Shown piece after piece: positions 63,501-64,000 of a stretch of 64,000 bases of DNA; the stretch's first letter is position 1; every line of letters begins with the position of its first letter. The position numbers were made by a program, and so were the translations under genes. The DNA is taken from assembly GCF_006345805.1 (NCBI RefSeq), contig NC_042997.1:167276001-167340000 (forward strand), in the 5' to 3' direction. Source of the stretch: Octopus sinensis. Its lineage: Eukaryota. The notes beneath the pieces are model-generated. The model worked only from the letters and a program-made list of their open reading frames with translations, ran no database searches and was not told the DNA's origin.

Positions 63501-64000
63501 ATATGTATCTATATATATATATATATTATATATATATATATATATAATAGTGGTATATATAGGTAGTGGTATATATAATAGTGGTACAACAAGGCACTAA
63601 TGTTTACTGGAAATAGCAGGCGATAATTTTACGACGCTATAGTAAAGCTTCACTGTATATATTCTGGCAAAGATGTGTGCGGGCAGCGAACAAAAAAGAT
63701 TGCATTTTATCTCTAGGAAGAACATTAGATAAATGGACAACCCAGAATCGGATAATCTAGTACCTAGGTTTCGGACTCCACAAATACGCTTGTAAACTTG
63801 ATTAGTCATCTTCAGCTAGATTTACCTTTACATATTTCACAGGCAGAACTACCATGAAGCTATATGGAAAATGGCTTTATGTTTTGAGTACGCGTTATTA
63901 AAAAGGCCCAATACGGCCGAAAAGTAACTTGGGTTCTCGCAACTTGCCTTAGGGACGATTTTTCCTCTCCCTCAGATATATTGTGTATTCTTTAACACAG

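Noticed and set aside
63960-64000. Polypyrimidine tract ending in CAG at the window edge (possible splice acceptor)
   Set aside because: The downstream sequence is not visible, so it cannot be evaluated

Overview
Eukaryotic, AT-rich and repeat-saturated DNA. The SINE families and the density of (TA)n/(CA)n/(CATA)n/(TAA)n microsatellites look like a coleoid cephalopod, most likely Octopus (recognised from memory, not searched). Only one convincing host gene is visible: an intronless type I membrane protein with a signal peptide, two Ig-like domains and a TM helix (ATG 31319 to 32287). A longer, tyrosine-bearing cytoplasmic tail lies in the +1 frame right after an A6 run. The rest is about 40 tRNA-derived SINE copies of at least four families, decayed LINEs (R4/Dong-like, RTE, CR1/Jockey-group, Penelope-like), DNA transposons (mariner, Tc1, hAT/Buster, probable Chapaev3) and simple repeats; almost all listed ORFs are microsatellite or TE artefacts. 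The most striking signal is a set of minimal type I hammerhead-ribozyme motifs. A near-identical 354-362 bp tandem array at 7931-9279 has four hammerheads with a compensatory U3-A8 core and ends in a perfect 750-bp palindrome, which resembles a non-LTR retrozyme. Two more palindromes (27168-27355, 27859-28274) carry degenerate hammerheads in the same divergent geometry, and a second dispersed hammerhead family occurs at 7220, 56675 and 60993. All ribozyme calls come from manual folding and need experimental confirmation.
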